This document shows positions 8,722-17,071 of a stretch of DNA of 26,182 nucleotides, one piece after another. How positions within the stretch are numbered: position 1 is the stretch's first letter; each line of letters starts with the position of its first letter. The position numbers and the translations under genes were made by a program. Origin of the DNA: a virus; UHGV virus genome UHGV-2131677; one strand, written 5' to 3'. The notes beneath the pieces were generated by a model. The model worked only from the letters and a program-made list of their open reading frames with translations. It did no database searches and had not been told where the DNA came from.

Positions 8722-8744
8722 AAAAAAGCCCGCACGGGGCGGGC
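8720..8744 (-). terminator. Rho-independent terminator of the minus-strand tail-fibre operon (GCCCGC-ACGG-GGCGGGC followed by U8)
   Basis: Hairpin at 8728-8744 with an A8 run at 8720-8727 on the plus strand, which is a U-tract after the stem on the minus strand; 45 nt downstream of the G stop. Confidence 0.65.
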
Positions 8745-8788
8745 AAAGAATGTTTGCATGTGTATAACGCTGCGGGATTATAAATATA

Positions 8789-9352
8789 TTATGCCTTCTG
8801 TAAACCCCCCTTTGATGGCGATTCAGGCCATACCAGCGCATTGTAACAATCTTCATCAGTCACGGAAGTGAACGTCATCTGCTGAAGTTCCTTAATGTAT
8901 TCAATCCACGCAGCCAGGCTTCCTCTGTCTTCATCACTGATAGTGCCAAGCAACAACTCAGACTGCCAGATGCTGACTCTCTCTTTTGCCTCCGACAGCA
9001 GGATGTTTCGTTGTGATTCCGCTTTAGTCTGCCACTCCTCAGGAGACAATATACGGCGAACAATACTCTCACCGTCAAATATCCAGTTACCGTTAATATC
9101 TACGCCATCAGGCAGGCTTTCTGTTTCCGCCACTGATGCCCCCACAGGCCAGAGCGCTGAAACGTCATTTGATATGCTGACGATAATATTATTACTGTCA
9201 TAGACTACTTTTACTGTGTTCTCAGAAAACTGTTTCTGACATTCATACCAGTCATTACCGTTTTCATCCTGAAGGAATAAAACTCCAGCATCAATAAGCT
9301 CTCTTTTATCTTCTCCCGGCGTGTAGGAAGTGAAGTTTTTAAAATTATTCAT
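8789..9352 (-). CDS. G: Tail fibre assembly protein (chaperone)
   Basis: Immediately downstream of tail fibre gene H; start ATG 9350-9352 (MNNFKNF...) with AGGAGG upstream; size and position typical of Tfa/gpG. Confidence 0.85.
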   Translation of the reverse strand: MNNFKNFTSYTPGEDKRELIDAGVLFLQDENGNDWYECQKQFSENTVKVVYDSNNIIVSISNDVSALWPVGASVAETESLPDGVDINGNWIFDGESIVRRILSPEEWQTKAESQRNILLSEAKERVSIWQSELLLGTISDEDRGSLAAWIEYIKELQQMTFTSVTDEDCYNALVWPESPSKGGLQKA

Positions 9353-9366
9353 ATACTGCCTCCTTT

Positions 9367-12300
9367 TTATACTGATGCTGCTGTGTACCAGGTTCCGTTG
9401 ATACAATATTGGACGGGTCTGTAATAAACGCCCGCTATATTATCGGCAGAGTTGGACCCTGTATCCTGAACATTAATACCAGACAATACATGACCTGACG
9501 GGCACTGGAAATTCCATGTTTGCCAGTTGTTTACTCCATGATATTGCTGTGAACCAAGTCGAACATCTTTCACATAACGGGAATCAAAGTTACCGTAATC
9601 CGAGGGGTTAACACGCCCTGTAATATTTATGGTTTTATTACTTTGAATGCTGTCGGAGACAAAGCGCATAACATGGACGTTATTAGCATAAACGTCCAGA
9701 TTACCGTCGCCATTTTGTTTAAAGCCCGTGTCATTATCACCCAAAACAATCGAGTTACCGCCAAGAGCACTGGATGTTCCGATACCCAGTGCACCATTCA
9801 ATTGACCACCAGATAACGACAGTGCACCGACATCTCCCGCTGTAGGTTTTCGCGTTGTGGTATAAAACTCAGACCAGTCAGCCTCGAATCCGTAACCGTC
9901 ACGAGCAGAACGATAAAAAATACCGCCGTTATTATAATTAACGCGGAACTGGGCGGCGGGACAACTTCCTTCACCGATATTAAAATGAAGAATTAACGTT
10001 GATGCCCCACCAATAGTTGCGTTATAGGCTCCGCTACTCCAGTTCCATCCAACGGCTTTATCATTCGCAACGGTATCTCCTGTTTTTCCTGAAGCAAATG
10101 CACCAATATTTTTCGGCGTCAGGTTAATATCTGATGTTCCATCAAACGAAACGGAATTAATCTTTCTCGCGGTTTTCAGCTTTGTAGCCGTTGAGGCATT
10201 GCCGGACAGCTCACCAGAAAGGCCAGCACTGAATGTCTGTTTCGCGCCCCATGTCTGGGCTTCGTCGATAATTGGCACACGTCTTGCTGTGATCGTGCGG
10301 CTTCCCGGATTTCCTGAAATACGCACCATAAAAAAGCGGTAGTTGGCTTTACTTACAGTGCTGCGCCATACATGCATTGAGCGTCCCGTACCGGTATCAT
10401 CACTTGGGCCAACAGCGATGTTTATCAGGTTGCCATCAATAACGCCCCAGTCCATACCGTCGGGAATATTGGTCATGTTATCCAGCCGAACGGTTATCAG
10501 ACTGCCCGGCACAAAGTCGTAGGTCTGCCAGTCCAGGCTGGTGAGTTTTGCTGCTGCGCCACCGATACCCAGATTCAGGGGAAGTGAATACGAGGTGTAG
10601 ACTTCCCGCCATTCGCTCCATGAGCTGGCGGTATAGACTCGTTCATATGAGCGACCTTTCGTTGTCGTTCCTGTCCCTGTTGTGGTATAGCGTTGCAATA
10701 CGGCAACGTAATCAAAACGTCTGATAACCTCTAACACCCCTAGTAGTGTTGCACCGGATGAATCCAGCAATGGACCATTGCTCGCTTTACCCGTCACACT
10801 GTAAATACCAGGGTCGGTTAGATCATTCAAATCACCGTCATAAAAGCTGCTTGCAGTCTGGCTGCCGATTCTCAGCCACGGTTCCCACTGTGGGTTTGAT
10901 GCATCCCAGTTTGCAGCAAGGCAGCGGACATACATGTTCCCACGGCGAGTGGTATAACGCTGGGTATAACTGAATCCACCACCTTTCAGAACTTCAAGCA
11001 CCCCCTGCGCGTAACTACCAGCTTCTGGATAGTGCAACGCAAGAGAAGCTAACGTACTGGAACTGTTTCTCCATGTACCCAGGTTATCCTCCCCGGCCAG
11101 AAAATCGAGATCCATACTGTCATCCAGCGTTCTGGCCGTCCCCTGAACGTTACGCCATACGCTCCACGGACCGTCTGAACCATTCCATGTGCCAGAAAGG
11201 TTGCGCATATAAACATTGCCTGTTCTGGTGGTATAACGCTGCATTCCTGAAAAATTACCGCCATTGAATACCTCAAGAACACCGACTGCACCATCTTCAG
11301 GGAAATTTTTCTCAAGTGTTGCGTTGGTGGATGTGGATTTATACCAGACACCCACATAAGCCTTAACAGGACCAAACGTATTCAGATCAGCATCAACCGG
11401 CATTTCGCCGTTGTTTTTCATAAACGTCAGGCTGGTGACGCCAAGATTGTCACGGAATACGGATGCGTCAGGAATATCAGCGCCATTCGACGCTTTTTGC
11501 AAAGCCCCTTCCGCATAGTCGATAGTGTTGTTCAGTCCGAGGTACTGAATCACTGCTGCGACGGAGCTTTTGGCAAGAATATTGCGCCCCACCGCGGTTA
11601 TATCGGTCAGTGCAGCTGTGTCTGTGCTGGTGAAATAAGGCAGTTTGTTTGCGCCCGTAGCAAGCCTCGCCAGTGAGGTTAGCGTTGCATCAAGAGGCTG
11701 TTTGCCTGCCAGTGCATTGTTCATTGTTGTCGCAAAATTAGGGTCATCACCAAGTGCGGCTGCAAGTTCATTGAGCGTATCCAGCGCCCCCGGTGATGAG
11801 TCAACCAGGGCGGCAATGGCTGCGCGGACATAGGCCGTGTTGGCTATCTGCGTGTTGTTTGTGCCCTGTGCCGCAGTCGGTGCTGTCGGCGTGCCCGTCA
11901 GCGCCGGACTTTTGAGTGGCGCTTTTGTGTCATTAAGAGTCTTGATCGCTTTTGGCGTTGCTGCCACCGACTCGCTGTCGCTGTCCGTTGCACTGCTTAG
12001 CTGCGTGAAGCCCTTTTGCGTCAGTGAGGCATCCGGGTGACGGCGGGACTGCTCGTGCTCTGCAAGTTTGTCATCCACATAGTCCTGCGTTGCCATAATG
12101 GTTGTGCTGTCCACAGACAGGCTCACGGAATTAACGTCACTGATGATAATAATCATGCGACAGGTCATGGCGCGCCCGGAGCCTTCCGTGAGCAGGGGCT
12201 TGTAGCTTTCCGCCATGCTGGCAACCGCAATCAGTGTACCGGAGTTGTCATACAGCCCCAGCTCACGCATCCAGAAGCCACCAACTTCCGGCGGAATAAC

Positions 12301-12534
12301 CAGTTCCGCAATCACCTGATTCGGTGCTTTACTGTTTTGCGTGACTTTATTCAGCGCACCGCGCCAGACCTCATGAATCAGGGTCGTCTGTGAGGCTGAC
12401 GGTTCTGTCAGCACCCCGTCACCATCCCCCACGGCCATATGTGTGAGATTGACTTTCTGGCCCGATGTTGTAGTGGCTGCGGCCAGTTTTGCCGCACCGG
12501 CAGTTGTGATCACGGTTTTAAATCTGATGCTCAT
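9367..12534 (-). CDS. H: Tail fibre protein H (expanded, 1055 aa)
   Basis: N-terminal 300 aa closely resemble P2 gpH (MSIRFKTVITTAGAAKLAAA..., IAELVIPPEVGGFWMRELGLYD..., MATQDYVDDKLAEHEQSRRHPDASLT...); C-terminus ...INGTWYTAASV as in P2 H. Confidence 0.9.
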   Translation of the reverse strand: MSIRFKTVITTAGAAKLAAATTTSGQKVNLTHMAVGDGDGVLTEPSASQTTLIHEVWRGALNKVTQNSKAPNQVIAELVIPPEVGGFWMRELGLYDNSGTLIAVASMAESYKPLLTEGSGRAMTCRMIIIISDVNSVSLSVDSTTIMATQDYVDDKLAEHEQSRRHPDASLTQKGFTQLSSATDSDSESVAATPKAIKTLNDTKAPLKSPALTGTPTAPTAAQGTNNTQIANTAYVRAAIAALVDSSPGALDTLNELAAALGDDPNFATTMNNALAGKQPLDATLTSLARLATGANKLPYFTSTDTAALTDITAVGRNILAKSSVAAVIQYLGLNNTIDYAEGALQKASNGADIPDASVFRDNLGVTSLTFMKNNGEMPVDADLNTFGPVKAYVGVWYKSTSTNATLEKNFPEDGAVGVLEVFNGGNFSGMQRYTTRTGNVYMRNLSGTWNGSDGPWSVWRNVQGTARTLDDSMDLDFLAGEDNLGTWRNSSSTLASLALHYPEAGSYAQGVLEVLKGGGFSYTQRYTTRRGNMYVRCLAANWDASNPQWEPWLRIGSQTASSFYDGDLNDLTDPGIYSVTGKASNGPLLDSSGATLLGVLEVIRRFDYVAVLQRYTTTGTGTTTKGRSYERVYTASSWSEWREVYTSYSLPLNLGIGGAAAKLTSLDWQTYDFVPGSLITVRLDNMTNIPDGMDWGVIDGNLINIAVGPSDDTGTGRSMHVWRSTVSKANYRFFMVRISGNPGSRTITARRVPIIDEAQTWGAKQTFSAGLSGELSGNASTATKLKTARKINSVSFDGTSDINLTPKNIGAFASGKTGDTVANDKAVGWNWSSGAYNATIGGASTLILHFNIGEGSCPAAQFRVNYNNGGIFYRSARDGYGFEADWSEFYTTTRKPTAGDVGALSLSGGQLNGALGIGTSSALGGNSIVLGDNDTGFKQNGDGNLDVYANNVHVMRFVSDSIQSNKTINITGRVNPSDYGNFDSRYVKDVRLGSQQYHGVNNWQTWNFQCPSGHVLSGINVQDTGSNSADNIAGVYYRPVQYCINGTWYTAASV
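10596..11292 (-). repeat. Three tandem copies of a domain of about 45-50 aa (about 270-bp period) inside tail fibre H
   Basis: Protein repeats GVLEV-x-GG-FS-x-QRYTTR-GN-Y-R at about aa 417, 510 and 599; recurring DNA motif ggtggtataacgctg near 11230, 10950 and 10680. Confidence 0.6.
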
Positions 12535-12540
12535 GCTGTC

Positions 12541-13074
12541 TTATTCCTGCGGATAAATCGTAATAACATCGCCGTCATACACAACGCCGCCGGTATACAG
12601 GTATCCCTGAATATCCTGCATGATATTCAGGCCAACCAGATGACGGCTCACCGGGCGGGCATCGGCAATGAGTCTTTCCATTTCGGTGTACATTTCCTCT
12701 GTGATCCCCACATCCAGTACACCGATGTCCAGCCGGAAAGTCCCTGGCGTATCGCCGGTTTCCCACCATTCCGTCACGTTAATGACATAGCCAAAGGGTT
12801 CAACCACACGCCGGATGGCGCTGATGGTTCCCTTATGGCGGTGGATAGCCCAGGCATCACGGATCACCTGGCGCTTTGTTTCTTCCGTCCAGTCACGATC
12901 CCACCTGTCCACGGACAGCGCCCACGCCAGATAAGGCAGCAGGGCCACCGGGCAGGTGTCAGGATCCCAGAGCTGGTTAAGGCTGACAGGCAGTGCTGAC
13001 AACCGGCTTGTTCCCCGCTCCACGCAGCGCATGAAATCGCTGGCTGAAGGGGGGAGAAGTGATGGCTCACTCAT
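12541..13074 (-). CDS. I: Baseplate protein I
   Basis: Size (177 aa) and position after J; start ATG 13072-13074 (MSEPSLL...) overlapping the J stop. Confidence 0.85.
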   Translation of the reverse strand: MSEPSLLPPSASDFMRCVERGTSRLSALPVSLNQLWDPDTCPVALLPYLAWALSVDRWDRDWTEETKRQVIRDAWAIHRHKGTISAIRRVVEPFGYVINVTEWWETGDTPGTFRLDIGVLDVGITEEMYTEMERLIADARPVSRHLVGLNIMQDIQGYLYTGGVVYDGDVITIYPQE

Positions 13075-13963
13075 TGGTTCCCCCTGCGCTGACCGTGAAC
13101 GATGTGCAGTACGCTGACTGCACATCGCTGATAACAATATTCTGTGCGGGGCTGGTCAGTTCCACGCGCTGAACGCCCTGAACATGCAGTGCGGCCATGA
13201 TGGCGGAAAGCGCCACATCGCGACCGATTTTGCCCTGTTCGGCAAGCCAGGCCTCCAGATTGTTTCTGGCGGCATTCAGGATGGGTTCCGACTCCGGCCC
13301 CGGATAAAAGTAAAGCCGGGCATCAATCTGATACCGGATGATTTCTGCACCCTGCACCGTCAGGCGGTCACCGACCGGGCGAACGTCTTCGGCATTCAGC
13401 GCATTTCTGACCGTCGTCAGGAGTGCTTCGGACGCCGTACCGTCGCCTTCTGTGGACAGCACCGCCACCACCACTTCCGCCGGTGCTGGACTGGTAGCGC
13501 GCGCGTCCGCCACCTGACCGCTGGCACTGCGGGCAAAATATTCATACGCCCCGGTGGGACCGGCCACGCTGAGGCCATCGAATGCAGACTGCGCACGCAG
13601 CCGCAGGGCTGTGTCGCTTTCCATGACGGCCTCCGCGGTGTCCGTGGCAGGTGTGATGACCAGTCGCGCGGTGTTCATGTTGGCGGCGAGGTTATCCAGG
13701 TCGTCACCTGTGGAATGGCTCAGCATACAGGCCGCCGCCCCTTCATTAATTCGCTGGCGATGCAGCAGTTCACGCAGTGCAAATGCCTGAGCGATGACCG
13801 TGAGCGGTTCGGACTCCAGCGCCATGGCTGACCGGACGGCAGCCTGCTGTGTCTGTGGAAATGACGTAATGATGTCTTCTTTTACCTCCGCCAGGATGAC
13901 TTCAAAATCCGGCGTTTCAATAATCTGTGGTGTCGGCAGTTCCGACAGGTCAACGGCTGGCAT
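13067..13963 (-). CDS. J: Baseplate assembly protein J
   Basis: 298 aa, gpJ-like, start overlaps the W stop. Confidence 0.9.
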   Translation of the reverse strand: MPAVDLSELPTPQIIETPDFEVILAEVKEDIITSFPQTQQAAVRSAMALESEPLTVIAQAFALRELLHRQRINEGAAACMLSHSTGDDLDNLAANMNTARLVITPATDTAEAVMESDTALRLRAQSAFDGLSVAGPTGAYEYFARSASGQVADARATSPAPAEVVVAVLSTEGDGTASEALLTTVRNALNAEDVRPVGDRLTVQGAEIIRYQIDARLYFYPGPESEPILNAARNNLEAWLAEQGKIGRDVALSAIMAALHVQGVQRVELTSPAQNIVISDVQSAYCTSFTVSAGGTNE

Positions 13964-14315
13964 TGTCGCTCCTGAGTGTCAGTGTGTTCTGTACGGTTTC
14001 CAGGCTTTCTGTCAGTGTGCCGGTGAGGGTGATAACGGCTTTTCCGCCCGCCTCCCACTGAATGCCAACGGCATTCAGGGCGATGCGTGACTCCCACTGT
14101 GTCAGGGCAATCACCACGGCACTCATGCACTGAAGGCGGGTTGTGGCATTCATCGGTGCATCCAGCAAATCCGGCAGCAGGCTGCCGTATTCCCGGCGCA
14201 TCACCCGGCTGGCGAGCGGTGTCAGCAGAATATCCCTCACGCTGTTCCACAGATGGTCCGTATCGCTGAGCGTGCCGGTGGCTTCGGGGTTCATCCCCAG
14301 AAAACGTGCACTCAC
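13950..14315 (-). CDS. W: Baseplate protein W (gp25-like)
   Basis: 121 aa, position between V and J; ATGA overlap with the V stop. Confidence 0.85.
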   Translation of the reverse strand: MSARFLGMNPEATGTLSDTDHLWNSVRDILLTPLASRVMRREYGSLLPDLLDAPMNATTRLQCMSAVVIALTQWESRIALNAVGIQWEAGGKAVITLTGTLTESLETVQNTLTLRSDNASR

Positions 14316-14893
14316 TGCGGGCCTCCTGTGGTGTCGCCGCCGCTCTTCACGCCACTGTGTTTGTGCGTGTGCAGCGTCACTCCGTTGGAGGTGAAATCAC
14401 CGCCGCTGTGCGAGATATTGCCGCTCAGGGTTCCGCCTTCTGTCACCTCAAACGTTGCCGCTTTCAGATGGTTTGTGCAGATGACGGTGGGGGTGTCCAG
14501 CGTCACGCCCGTTCCGGCCTGAATGGTGGCGGTTCTGATTCCGGTGGCGCTCAGCGCGCCTGCGTCCGCATCGTAGCGGAACACAGCACCGTCAGGCGCT
14601 GTAACCACGATTTCCTTCAGGCTGCTGCCGGGTGCAGGATGTTCGCTGCTCCAGAGACTGCCGATGACGGTGGCAGTTACGGGGTCTCCATTGATACAGG
14701 CAATCATGACCTGTTCGCCCACGGCAGGCGGCAGCCAGACGCTGAACGCGCCCGCGCGTGGTGTGTTCCAGCGCAGCCAGTCGGTTTCCAGCTCTCCGCT
14801 GCGCACGCGAACGCGCCACGTGGTTTCGTCCACGGCAAAAATCACGCCCGTGCGGATGATGTTTGCAAGCAGCCGCATGATTTCCGCTGTCAT
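14312..14893 (-). CDS. V: Baseplate spike/hub protein V
   Basis: 193 aa, gpV-like with C-terminal His-rich tip (LHTHKHSG); ATGA overlap with the S stop. Confidence 0.9.
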   Translation of the reverse strand: MTAEIMRLLANIIRTGVIFAVDETTWRVRVRSGELETDWLRWNTPRAGAFSVWLPPAVGEQVMIACINGDPVTATVIGSLWSSEHPAPGSSLKEIVVTAPDGAVFRYDADAGALSATGIRTATIQAGTGVTLDTPTVICTNHLKAATFEVTEGGTLSGNISHSGGDFTSNGVTLHTHKHSGVKSGGDTTGGPQ

Positions 14894-15528
14894 CGTGCCG
14901 CACTCCTCAGGGAGCGGATAATCGTGTCATATACCAGGCGTTCGTCGGCTGCCGTGATACCCAGCAGTTCACGCACCGGGTAGGTGGTCATCACGCCCGG
15001 AGCCACCTCGTCGCGTAACCCTGCCTGATGCACGCGGGCAATCCGTGCCGCCAGGCCATCGAAGCCCACAACAGCGCCTTCCGCATCTGAGCGCATTTTT
15101 AACCAGCGGTATGTGCGAAGACGCGCGAACATCGGCGTGCTTTTTTTGCTGGTCTGGCGGGCAGACATGGACGATACAGCGATGTATCGCTCAATATCAT
15201 CACGGTAAAACGTCCTCAGCGCACCGCCACGGTCAGGGTCGCGCCCGATAATGGCGCGGCCTTTCCGGTAACGCTTGTGGCCCCACTGGCGTAACGTGCG
15301 CACTTCACCGTTCCATACAAATTTCACTTCACGGCGGGTGTGCATCACCTGCCGTTTTCGTGCCGGATACGGCGAGCCGTCTGCGTTCTTCTGTGCGCGG
15401 ATGCGCGCCTGCTGGCTCCGGCGCAGCGCCTGCCCGACAGCCCGCGCCGTGCGTGCCCGTCCGGCGGCGGAAAGCCCGCTCAGGATGTCGCGAAAAACCG
15501 CGTCCGTTTCATGCGTCGTCGTGTTCAT
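14890..15528 (-). CDS. S: Tail completion / virion morphogenesis protein S
   Basis: Similarity pattern to P2 gpS (LSxxGRAR...IRxxQ...DGxP); position between R and V. Confidence 0.8.
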   Translation of the reverse strand: MNTTTHETDAVFRDILSGLSAAGRARTARAVGQALRRSQQARIRAQKNADGSPYPARKRQVMHTRREVKFVWNGEVRTLRQWGHKRYRKGRAIIGRDPDRGGALRTFYRDDIERYIAVSSMSARQTSKKSTPMFARLRTYRWLKMRSDAEGAVVGFDGLAARIARVHQAGLRDEVAPGVMTTYPVRELLGITAADERLVYDTIIRSLRSAAR

Positions 15529-15991
15529 CCGTCAAATCCTTAAAGGTCACGTCCTCAACAATCAACTCCCCCCATGCCCCCGTCAGTGCGGCAGGCGGGC
15601 GGGGTTCCGGCAGGTGCGCCGGATACAGTTCACCCCGTTCATTGCGGCAGACTTTCACGCGCTCGCGCACGGGAATCTCCAGTAACAGGTCGGTGCTGTC
15701 GTCGTCATTGACGGCAACGGAAAACTTAACGTCCTGGTTTTTTTCCGGGTTAAGCAGCAAATCCGGCTGGTTGTGCATGAGCCAGACAATCAGCGGCAGC
15801 ATCAGCTCGTCGATGTGCCCCGGAAAATCCATGACGAAGGCCACGAGCGTGTAACGGTAGACAAATGTCGGGGTTTCACCGGTGGTCTCAATATTTCCGC
15901 TTTCTGCAAACACGGTGAGTTTTTCCGGATTCGCGCGACACCACCGGGATGAGGCGGTGAGGGCTTCGCGCAGACGGTTCATTTTCAGCAT
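15509..15991 (-). CDS. R: Tail completion protein R
   Basis: MLKMNRLREALT...RYTLVAFVMDF...LIVWLMHNQPDL resembles P2 gpR (MLKPDSLRRALTDA...RYTLNVIVTDF...LAWLRENQPDI); GGAG 5 nt upstream of ATG. Confidence 0.85.
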   Translation of the reverse strand: MLKMNRLREALTASSRWCRANPEKLTVFAESGNIETTGETPTFVYRYTLVAFVMDFPGHIDELMLPLIVWLMHNQPDLLLNPEKNQDVKFSVAVNDDDSTDLLLEIPVRERVKVCRNERGELYPAHLPEPRPPAALTGAWGELIVEDVTFKDLTDEHDDA

Positions 15992-16000
15992 GACTTCTCC

Positions 16001-16294
16001 TTACGGTCGCATCCGGCGTTGCTGTCCGGTTGCATTAATGGCTGCCTTGTCGGCGTTGCAGCTCTCCAGCGCGTCCAGCAGCCGGTCACTCCAGACGGCC
16101 AGTCCGCCCCACGTCAGCGGGCGGGGCAGGGAGGGGACCGGCGTTGGCTGTGTCAGACTTTCCGGCAGCGGTGCGTGCTGCGTCTGAGTGACCACGACGG
16201 GGCGCGGCGCGCTGTTGCAGGCGGTCAGCAACAGCGGCAGGCACATCAGCAGCCGCGCACGGATTTTCCCGGAGTGCGTTGCGTATCTCTTCAC
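16001..16294 (-). CDS. lysC: Outer-membrane spanin (o-spanin lipoprotein, LysC/Rz1-like), overlapping lysB in another frame
   Basis: Pro-rich lipoprotein: signal MKRYATHSGKIRARLLMCLPLLLTAC with lipobox LTAC when started at GTG 16292-16294 (AGGAGGGAG upstream); starts inside LysB and extends past its stop (overlapped architecture). Confidence 0.7.
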   Translation of the reverse strand: MKRYATHSGKIRARLLMCLPLLLTACNSAPRPVVVTQTQHAPLPESLTQPTPVPSLPRPLTWGGLAVWSDRLLDALESCNADKAAINATGQQRRMRP

Positions 16295-16532
16295 GGCGTT
16301 TTTCTCCCTCCTGATTCCGGTGCTGCTCTGCGGCGCGGACCTGCGCCAGCAGGCCGCTGATGCCCCGGAGTTCTGCATGAAGTGCATCCACGGCGGCATT
16401 CGTTCCCGCCAGCGCCTGTTCGTGATATTCACGACGTGCCCGTTCATGCCCTGCCTGCCAGGCCAGACGCAGCGACACCAGATACAGCGCCCCTGAAAAC
16501 AGGGCGACAATGGCGGCGGTGGTCAGTCTCAT
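16086..16532 (-). CDS. lysB: Inner-membrane spanin (i-spanin, LysB/Rz-like)
   Basis: N-terminal transmembrane segment (LTTAAIVALFSGALYLVSL) followed by a charged helical periplasmic domain; start ATG forms an ATGA overlap with the endolysin stop. Confidence 0.75.
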   Translation of the reverse strand: MRLTTAAIVALFSGALYLVSLRLAWQAGHERARREYHEQALAGTNAAVDALHAELRGISGLLAQVRAAEQHRNQEGEKRREEIRNALRENPCAAADVPAAVADRLQQRAAPRRGHSDAARTAAGKSDTANAGPLPAPPADVGRTGRLE

Positions 16533-17071
16533 TTCTGTTTCTCCACATCCCGCAGACACCAGGCGCGAAAATCGCTGCGGCGGTTAACCAGTCCCTGACT
16601 GCGCTTCCCGCCCGCATTCACAAAATCCGTGAGGCGGGTGCACATCAGCGCCCAGTTATGCGTCTGTGCCTGTTTCCAGATGGTGGTGCGCTGGCGCTTT
16701 CCGTTGTGGTCCTTAAACCACATCAGGCCGGAACAGCCCAGATTGAAGGCCGCGTCCGTCATCGCTTCGAAGGCCGACTGCGGCATGGCTGCTCCCTGAA
16801 AATTCTGGTTAATGCAGTTCTCCGCCCGCTGCATGTCATTCACCCAGCGACGGGCCACCTCCTGCTCGCTGTACAGGTGTTTCTGTACGTTTCCCGTGGA
16901 GCCGCAGCCCACGGTGGCAACACCCGCGATGTCCGTGTAGGGTGTGGCGCGGCAGTCTTCCCACGTGGCAATTTTTATCTGTGCCTCCTGTGAGGTGCGC
17001 AGTGCTTCGGGAGCCAGCGAGACACCCAGCGCCACAATCACGGCGGCGGCATATCGCTTAATGTTTTTCAT
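16529..17071 (-). CDS. Endolysin, T4/lambda-R-type lysozyme with N-terminal signal-anchor-release (SAR) or signal sequence
   Basis: Catalytic signature E...D...T in WEDCRATPYTDIAGVATVGCGSTG and P1 Lyz-like block AENCINQNFQGAAMPQSAFEAMTDAAFNLGC; N-terminus MKNIKRYAAAVIVALGVSLA is hydrophobic. Confidence 0.85.
   Translation of the reverse strand: MKNIKRYAAAVIVALGVSLAPEALRTSQEAQIKIATWEDCRATPYTDIAGVATVGCGSTGNVQKHLYSEQEVARRWVNDMQRAENCINQNFQGAAMPQSAFEAMTDAAFNLGCSGLMWFKDHNGKRQRTTIWKQAQTHNWALMCTRLTDFVNAGGKRSQGLVNRRSDFRAWCLRDVEKQK

Noticed and set aside
2439-8788. Programmed DNA inversion switch (Gin/Cin-like) as the explanation for the inverted FI-U block
   Set aside because: No recombinase gene in the window, and no inverted repeats shared between the two junctions (one GC-rich, the other AT-rich); programmed inversions in phages affect tail-fibre segments, not the sheath/tube/tape-measure operon.
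8577-8856. Minus-strand ORFs of 60 aa (8577-8759) and 73 aa (8635-8856) in the AT-rich island
   Set aside because: They read straight through the operon terminator hairpin at 8720-8744 or overlap the 3' end of G, and lack RBS; the plus-strand 44-codon ORF with promoter and antisense context is the better, though still uncertain, candidate.
13184-14983. Plus-strand ORFs of 215 aa (13184-13831) and 225 aa (14306-14983)
   Set aside because: Antisense to baseplate genes J, W and V, which form a tightly coupled minus-strand operon; no start context.
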